Assembly (NCBI GenBank): GCA_945903465.1
Contig: CAMDOF010000012.1
Span: 18,411 to 82,410, forward strand
DNA length: 64,000 bases
Direction of reading: 5' to 3'
Source of the DNA: Opitutus sp. GAS368
GTDB taxonomy: Bacteria > Verrucomicrobiota > Verrucomicrobiia > Opitutales > Opitutaceae
Below the pieces are notes generated by a model. The model was not told the origin of the DNA and ran no database searches. It saw only the letters and a program-made list of their open reading frames with translations. Made by a program: the position numbers and the translations under genes. Of the stretch, positions 57,690 through 64,000 are shown piece after piece (the stretch's first letter is position 1; every line of letters begins with the position of its first letter).

Positions 57690-59000
57690 TTAGGCGAGCA
57701 GGCGCTGGAGTGAGGCGGTGATGATTGCATCCACTTTTTCGTCGCAGAAGGCCACGGTTACCTCGTATCCGCCTTTTGAGTACTCCGCCTGGGTGGGAAC
57801 ATACCAGAGCCCGTCGTCTCCGTAGGCCGCGACGGCGACGGGATCGGCCGGGCGGAAGGCGCGGGCGCGCAGTTGGTATTCGACGAACATTTCTCCGGGG
57901 AGGTGGAGAATGGAGATCTCATTTAAGCGGAGGCGGCTTAAGATGAGAGGCGTGCCCCGCGCCACGCGTCGCAGCCAGGCGAGGCGGTAGGCGGCGAGGA
58001 GCCGGGTGGCGAGGGTTTCGGTAGGGCGAGCGATCGTCGCGGCGAGTTCATCGGCGGTGGGGGTAGCCGGTGGTGGCGGCAAGATGGCGTCGGTGCGCCA
58101 GTCCACGCCGGTGAGCAGGCTGAGTTTGAGCGTGGCCTCCGAGGCGAGGATCCCCGCGTACATGCGGTCGGTGAGTTGGCGTCGCGCGGCCGGTGAGCCA
58201 TCGTTATATTTACCCGCGGCGATATTGCCGGCGCAGCCGGTGAAGTAAAGGTGGGCGCAGGTGGGTTCCTCGGATTGGCGACGCTGGCGGGCGAGTCCGC
58301 AAAAATCGCTGCTCACGCGGCCGTCGCGGTACGTGCTCATCGGGTGCGTGGCGTAATAGTGGCACGCGACGATCTTTTTTTCGCCCGAGAAGAAGGCCAC
58401 CGTTTGGAGAACAGGATCAATGGTGCCCTCGGGCAAGGCGAGGAGCTCGGGGTCGGTGCATGTACTCAGCCGCATCGCGCGGACCCAGCCGGTGTCGTCG
58501 CGGGCCACGCGGCGATTCCCCGCGACGGCGGTGACGTTGGCCTGTCCGTGGGCGACATGGGTGACCGATTGAAGCTGTTGTAAGGCGGCGCGCACCGCCT
58601 GTCCCGCGCGTCCGAGGCACGCTGCCAGAAAGGCTTCGTCGTGCATGGCGGGCAGATCGGGGTGGACGGCGGCGATGGCTTTGGCTTCGAGGCAAATAAA
58701 CGGTGTGGCGTGCTGATGCACGCATTGGACCGCGACGCGATCGGCGGTGGTGCCGGCGGCGGCGGCCAGCGTCTGGCGCCAGGCGAGATGAGCGTCATTC
58801 ATCAACGCCGCCCAATCGATCACGCAAACCACGATGGGTGCGCCCGCTCCGCAGAGCACGTACCCGATGGCCTCGAGGTCATCGTCGACGGCTTGGGCGG
58901 GTGGCACCAACCCGCCCAGGAGGGCATGACCTAAAGGCGGCGTGACGTTGCAGCGAAAGGGGGCGATAGAAATCGGGGTGCGGGGACGGTCGACGCTCAT
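57690..59000 (-). CDS. hypothetical protein (N-terminus faintly ceramidase-like)
   Basis: 436-aa ORF, convergent with the DegT gene. ...NVTPPLGHALLGG...DDLEAIGYVL...VVCVIDWAAL recalls neutral ceramidase-like N-terminal domains. The family is not secure. Confidence 0.55.
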   Translation of the reverse strand: MSVDRPRTPISIAPFRCNVTPPLGHALLGGLVPPAQAVDDDLEAIGYVLCGAGAPIVVCVIDWAALMNDAHLAWRQTLAAAAGTTADRVAVQCVHQHATPFICLEAKAIAAVHPDLPAMHDEAFLAACLGRAGQAVRAALQQLQSVTHVAHGQANVTAVAGNRRVARDDTGWVRAMRLSTCTDPELLALPEGTIDPVLQTVAFFSGEKKIVACHYYATHPMSTYRDGRVSSDFCGLARQRRQSEEPTCAHLYFTGCAGNIAAGKYNDGSPAARRQLTDRMYAGILASEATLKLSLLTGVDWRTDAILPPPPATPTADELAATIARPTETLATRLLAAYRLAWLRRVARGTPLILSRLRLNEISILHLPGEMFVEYQLRARAFRPADPVAVAAYGDDGLWYVPTQAEYSKGGYEVTVAFCDEKVDAIITASLQRLLA

Positions 59001-59736
59001 GCTCGGAGACTCGTGCGCGCCGTTGAAAAGGTGGAGCGAATTTTAAAAAAGGCCGACGCTGGCGTGGGAGTTCCCGGTAGATTCGGACCACCCAGGCAAC
59101 GAGCAGGAACGGGCAAAGAGCGGAGCTTTCGGGCTGAGGTACGCACAACTATCAGTCTTTGCATAAATTCGTGCGCTCTTTCGCTGGACGCTCAACGCAT
59201 TTATCCCCGACGCATTCCGGTTGTGGCCCTTCGGGGAAGACGGGTTTGCCCACCCGCAAAAATTGCGGCCCGCGGGACTTTCGAAAACGGCCGTCACCAT
59301 CGGACCTTCGGACAGGAAAATTTTCGGAGAACAAGCCAGGCTTCCTCTGCTCTGCTGGTCGGGCAGCTTCCTCCCGGACGCCGTGCGCCGGGGTAAACGG
59401 CCCGCGCCCTCATCGGGGAAAAGCGCCCGTCTCGCCGTGGATTAAAATTTTCCCACCCTCCATCGGGCGATGCTTCGTCGTGCCACCAGAGGCCGGTTGC
59501 AGGAAGTGCCTGAACTTACGCGAAGATTCATAGGGCCACTTTTGGGGCCATCGCGGTTGCCAGCAGCGGTGGCTACCGGATCGGTGGGGCTGAGGAAAAT
59601 GTTATCCGCCGAGGGCTTTGGTGCACGCGAGCCGGTGGTTTCAAAAATCTTTACCAAAGCTTAATATTTTTTGGCGGGCCGGACACACCTGCTTAACCGG
59701 GTGGTGTTTTAATGGAATGCTGTCGAATCGTTTATT

Positions 59737-62069
59737 ATGATCTTTCATTCCCATCGGTTCCGCGGTTTTCGAAGGGGTCTATTCTTGGTCGGCGTCATGG
59801 TCATCGTTCGGTTGCACGCTCAGAACATCGCTGACCCGCGGATCACGTCATGGCAGACGGGTAGGAGCGGCAGTTATGCTCGCGCCTACGAAACTGCGGC
59901 CGACAAGGCTTCGGGCAACGCCGTCACGACCTGGCCTCGGGCCGGGCTGATCAATCGGGGCGGCGGAGTCGCGACGCCGACCTACTCGGATGTGTCGCGT
60001 GTCGTTTATTCCGCCAACTCAGTTTATATCTACACGACCGGCCTCGCGAGCTATACGATGGGGCCTTGGCTGAATCCGAACGGAGCGCTTTTCGGTATGT
60101 GGCCCATCAACCGCGGCGCGATTCACCGGATCCCGCGGACGCCGACGATTCCAACGCTCAAGCAACGCACCAACGGTGGCGGCGGCGTCCTGGTGAACGG
60201 CGTCTTTCTCTGGGCGGGTGGCGACGGCCAGTCGTACACTACGAGCACGGGAATCGTTTCACCGAATGGTCAAGACGTGTGGAATCGCCTGGCCGGACCG
60301 ACGGAGGGACCGACGTTTGACGCGGGGAACGCGCACCAGCCGGGGACTGGCGAGTATCACAATCACATCAACCCGCGCGCTCTACGCTTTCAGCTCGGCG
60401 ACGCGGTCAGCTACACCCCGAGACGAAGACCTTCGCGGAGACTGCGCCGACGAAGCACTCCCCGATTATCGGTTGGGCGGTCGACGGGTTGCCCGTGTAT
60501 GGTCCTTATGGTTACAGCACTGCGATGAACCCCGCCAGCGGCGTACGCCGGATGACGAGCGGCTTTACCAAGCGTGACGGAACGTTCGGTACAACCAACC
60601 TGGCGGCGACTGGGCGCACGACGCTCGCGGTCTGGGCCGCCAGTGTGCAGGGGAAGAGCGCGGCGCTTCCGCCGACTGAATACGGTCCGAGCGTCGCGGT
60701 CGCCGCGATGGGGACGTTTGCGGAAGACTATGACTATCTCGGCGATCTTGGAAAAACGCCCGGTGTCGATTTCGATCTCAATCGGCAGAATGTCCGCTTC
60801 GGCGTCACCCCGGAGTTTCCCAGCGGCACGTATGCTTATTTCACCTGTATTGATGGAGCGGGGAATACGGTCTTTCCAGATATCATCGGACAGGAATTTT
60901 TCGGCGCGGTCGCCGCGGGCCCTAACCGTGGCACAGTGACGGCCGTAGTCGAACCGGTCACTGAGTATGTGCGGGCTGGGCAGGCCGCCGCGATCAGCGT
61001 AAGTGCGACGAATGCGAGCGGCACCGTCGCGATCACGTGGACGTCGGTCGAAGGTGCAACTTATCGGCTTGAGACATCCCCTGATGCCGCGACGTGGACG
61101 ACGCTCGCGGCGGCGGTGACAAGCAATGGTGGCGACCGCACGACTTACGCCACGGCGACGATGGCTTTTAACTATCGGGTGACGCTCGTGGCACTTGCCG
61201 CCTATGACATCCGTGGATCGGGTGGCGTTTCTGGCATGGGCAATAACGCGCTCGTCGCGTTGGGGACCAGTGGCACGGCGCGGTTGGTGAATATCGCGAC
61301 CCGCGTCGCGTTGGGCGGCGCCGCGGGTACGCCGATCCCCGGCTTCGTCCTTAGTGGCACAGGCACGAAAAAGATGCTCGTCCGCGCGATCGGTCCGACG
61401 CTGGCAAGTTTCGGGGTGGGCGGCGTGCTCGCCGATCCTCGTCTCAGCTTAATGAGTGGGCCCACGATGGTTGTTACTAACGACAACTGGCTCGCCACCG
61501 ACGCGGCGACGATGGTCGACGTCGGCGCGTTCGTGCTCACGCCCGGAAGTAAGGACGCCGCCTTGGTGGCCGCGCTGACACCTGGCGCCTACACCGCGCC
61601 AGTCACGGCGGCTGATGGCGGGGCGGGGGTAACGCTCCTCGAGGTCTATGATGCAACGGGGACGGGCGCGCTGTCGGTCGTCAATGCCTCTACGCGGGGA
61701 TTCGTCGGCGTGGGCGACGCCGTCATGATACCCGGATTCGTGATCGCAGGCACGGGTGCGCTACGGATGTTGATCCGTGTGGTTGGGCCGACGCTCGCGG
61801 TTTTCAGCGTGCCGGGCGCATTGGCGGATCCGATGCTCACGCTTTTCCGCGGTGCGACCGCGCTTGCCATCAACGATAATTGGTCCTCGGGCGCGGGGGC
61901 CTCCGAAATTTCTTCCACGGCGGCCGCGGTCGGGGCCTTTGCTCTGCCGGAAGGCAGCAAGGATGCGGCCATCGTCGTGACCCTTCCCGCGGGTTCCTAC
62001 ACCGCGGTTGTAACTGGCGTTGGTAATACGACTGGAACCGCACTCGTTGAACTCTACGTGGCCCCTTGA
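59737..62069 (+). pseudogene. YHYH-domain secreted protein, interrupted by a 1-nt frameshift near 60416-60420
   Basis: ORF 59737-60528 is protein-like up to ...GEYHNHINPRALRFQLGDAVSYTP. The sequence continues in the -1 frame (open from 60321) as ETKTFAETAPTKHSPIIGWAVDGLPVYGPYGY..., running on to 62069. The intact paralog downstream aligns across the junction. An FN3-like segment and two C-terminal modules follow. Confidence 0.8.
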
Positions 62070-62085
62070 GTTCTCTTCTCCCGAT

Positions 62086-64000
62086 ATGAAACGCCTCCTC
62101 TATAGCCTGCTCGCGATCAAGGCGCTTTTGGCGGCCGAGGATCCCAGGCTCTCTTTTTGGATGACGAGCAACTCGAGGAAGTATGCGCGGGTAAACGAGA
62201 CCACGACAGCCGCGCCCGTGGCGGTTTGGCCTTCGCCTGGCATCGCCAAGAATCCGCAAAGCGCGACGCAACCGCTTCCTGGATACGCCGATGTTCAGCA
62301 GGTGCTTTACTCGAATAATTTTGTTGACGTGCGCTCGTCTGACTTGGCGAGCCATCGGATGGGACCATGGTACAAGGAGTACGCGAAGCTGACGGTCAAT
62401 GGACTTTGGCCGCAGGGCCACGCGCTCACATCGCGAATCCCGCGCAATCCGGTCGCCGCGACCAACCAGGCGCAGGTGGGGCAGGGGCCTATCGGGGTGT
62501 TGATTAATGGTGTTACGATCGCTAATTTCGGCGACGGTTCGGCCTACAACACGGCGACAGGCCGAGATGGACAGGTGACGAACGGAGGAATCCCAGGCAA
62601 TCAGACACAAGTGTGGATCCGCTGCGCCACCGGCGCTGAGGGGCCCGTGCTGGATTCGGGCTACGGCCATCCGGCACCTGATGGTGGTTATCATTATCAC
62701 GCGAACCCGCGGGCGCTTCGCTATCAGCTGGGAGACAATTTGACGTACACTCTTGGGAACGACACCTATACTGAGGTCACCGGTACGCTGCGGCACTCGC
62801 CGATCCTTGGCTGGGCCTATGATGGGTACCCGATTTATGGTCCCTACGGCTACGGTACCGCCAATGACGCGAAGAGCCCAGTTCGCCGGATCGTGTCGGG
62901 CTTCGTTCCACGGGACGGCGCGTTTGGCACGACCAATCTTGCTGTGTCCGGTCGCCATTCGATCGCGCCCTGGGCGGCCTTGCTGCACACTTTCAGCACG
63001 ACTCTCGGCGCGGGGGACTTCGCGTTGTCCAGCGCCGCCTATGGCCCGAATGTTTCGGCTGATTTTCCGATCGGATGGTATGCGGAGGATAATGATTTTC
63101 TCGGCGATAGCGTGAAGGCGGCCGCCAACGGCGCGCGGTACCAGCTCGGTGTCGACTTCGATCTGGACAAATCGAACGGTCGTCAATGTGTGACGCCGGA
63201 ATTTCCCGATGGGACTTATGCGTATTTTCTACCAATCGATGCCAAGGGTGCGCCGGCCTATCCGTTCGTCATCGGTCGCGTGTGGCATGGTATCTCTTCT
63301 GGCGGCCGCGTCCCGGGAAACATCAATGAGAGCGTTTCGGAATATGTCCGTGGCGGCCAAGCATCGCCGATTACGGTGCGTGCCACGAATTCCGGCGGTT
63401 CTGTGGACGTTACTTGGTCCTCGGTGGAGGGTGGTACGTACAAGGTTGAAACGTCGGCGGACACGAAAACGTGGACCTCGCTGGCAGGTGCGGTGACAAG
63501 TAGTGGGGGCGGAACGACCGCGTTAACCACCGCGACGGTCGCCGCGCATTACCGTGTGACGCTGGTCGCACTCGCGGCCTACGACACGGATGGGACGGGT
63601 AACCTCTCGGGCCTTGGCAACTCTGCCACCGCGGTCACCGCTCTGGTCGGCGCGAGCGGCACCGCTCGACTTGTTAATATCGCCGCACGGGTCTTGCTGG
63701 GTGGCGCGGCGGGTACGCCGATCTCTGGCTTTGTGCTCGGCGGCACCGGTACAAAGCAGATGCTCGTTCGCGCCGTTGGCCCCACGCTGGCGAGTTTCAG
63801 CGTGAGCGGAGCGTTGGCCGATCCGCGCCTCAGCCTCGTGAACGGATCGACGATTGTAGAGAGTAACGACAACTGGCTCGCGATCGATGCCGCGATCATG
63901 GCCGGGGTTGGTGCGTTTACGCTGCCTGCCGCGAGCAAGGATGCCGCCCTCGTCGCGACGCTCTCGCCTGGCGCGTATACTGCGCCGGTAACGGCGTCTG
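62086..64000 (+). CDS. YHYH-domain secreted protein (3' end beyond the window)
   Basis: The frame is open from ATG 62086 to the window end; I translated it by hand because it is not in the ORF track. It has a signal peptide (MKRLLYSLLAIKALLAAE), GGYHYHANPRALRYQLGD, SPILGWAYDGYPIYGPYGY and an FN3-like segment. The first C-terminal module starts near 63664. Confidence 0.85.
   Translation, partial: MKRLLYSLLAIKALLAAEDPRLSFWMTSNSRKYARVNETTTAAPVAVWPSPGIAKNPQSATQPLPGYADVQQVLYSNNFVDVRSSDLASHRMGPWYKEYAKLTVNGLWPQGHALTSRIPRNPVAATNQAQVGQGPIGVLINGVTIANFGDGSAYNTATGRDGQVTNGGIPGNQTQVWIRCATGAEGPVLDSGYGHPAPDGGYHYHANPRALRYQLGDNLTYTLGNDTYTEVTGTLRHSPILGWAYDGYPIYGPYGYGTANDAKSPVRRIVSGFVPRDGAFGTTNLAVSGRHSIAPWAALLHTFSTTLGAGDFALSSAAYGPNVSADFPIGWYAEDNDFLGDSVKAAANGARYQLGVDFDLDKSNGRQCVTPEFPDGTYAYFLPIDAKGAPAYPFVIGRVWHGISSGGRVPGNINESVSEYVRGGQASPITVRATNSGGSVDVTWSSVEGGTYKVETSADTKTWTSLAGAVTSSGGGTTALTTATVAAHYRVTLVALAAYDTDGTGNLSGLGNSATAVTALVGASGTARLVNIAARVLLGGAAGTPISGFVLGGTGTKQMLVRAVGPTLASFSVSGALADPRLSLVNGSTIVESNDNWLAIDAAIMAGVGAFTLPAASKDAALVATLSPGAYTAPVTAS

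Noticed and set aside
60414-60426. The frameshift in the first YHYH gene might be a programmed -1 ribosomal frameshift.
   Set aside because: There is no X_XXY_YYZ slippery heptamer and no obvious downstream pseudoknot or hairpin. The shift sits in a C4 homopolymer, which fits a mutation or a sequencing error.

Overview
This is a 64-kb chromosomal segment from a high-GC bacterium. No similarity search was possible, so every family call rests on motifs I could read in the translated ORFs. The gene content points to the PVC superphylum, probably an Opitutae-like Verrucomicrobiota (inference only). That content includes a PSCyt1/DUF1549/DUF1553 giant protein paired with a DUF1501 protein, five twin-arginine (Tat) signal proteins (two Gfo/Idh/MocA oxidoreductases, a xylose-isomerase-like TIM barrel, an amidohydrolase and the DUF1501 protein), a DUF1080 protein and YHYH proteins.

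Housekeeping genes are hemB, pyrD, tRNA-Leu(GAG) and a minus-strand array pyrR-pyrB-pyrC-CPBP protease-thiL-tsaE.

Accessory content:
- An intact TonB-dependent receptor with an AraC regulator.
- A second TonB-dependent receptor that is heavily decayed, with an in-frame TGA plus several frameshifts.
- A frameshifted esterase.
- An IS256-family transposase relic.
- A sigma54 two-component module with an exact consensus -24/-12 promoter driving a tiny secreted helical protein.
- A PQQ-like beta-propeller protein and two tandem YHYH-domain paralogs (the upstream one frameshifted). All three carry the same ~125-aa C-terminal module, in tandem copies.
- A 767-aa protein with a eukaryote-like RGG/GGQ/GGY low-complexity head and a 15-bp tandem-repeat (SSEVA) tail.
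- A lower-GC gene for a protein with a poly-acidic tail.
- A 1175-aa Kelch + PQQ-sugar-dehydrogenase-like + di-CxxCH fusion, start-stop coupled to a Tat amidohydrolase.
- An Ldh2 / Na-solute symporter / AGE-epimerase / DegT-aminotransferase operon.

No CRISPR array, rRNA or intact mobile element was seen. I found no recognisable defence system. The candidates most likely to be new are the sigma54 module, the shared C-terminal module family, the RGG protein and the acidic-tail protein. Three unusually long gene-less gaps (about 36.3-37.3 kb, 51.5-52.4 kb and 59.0-59.7 kb) remain unexplained.
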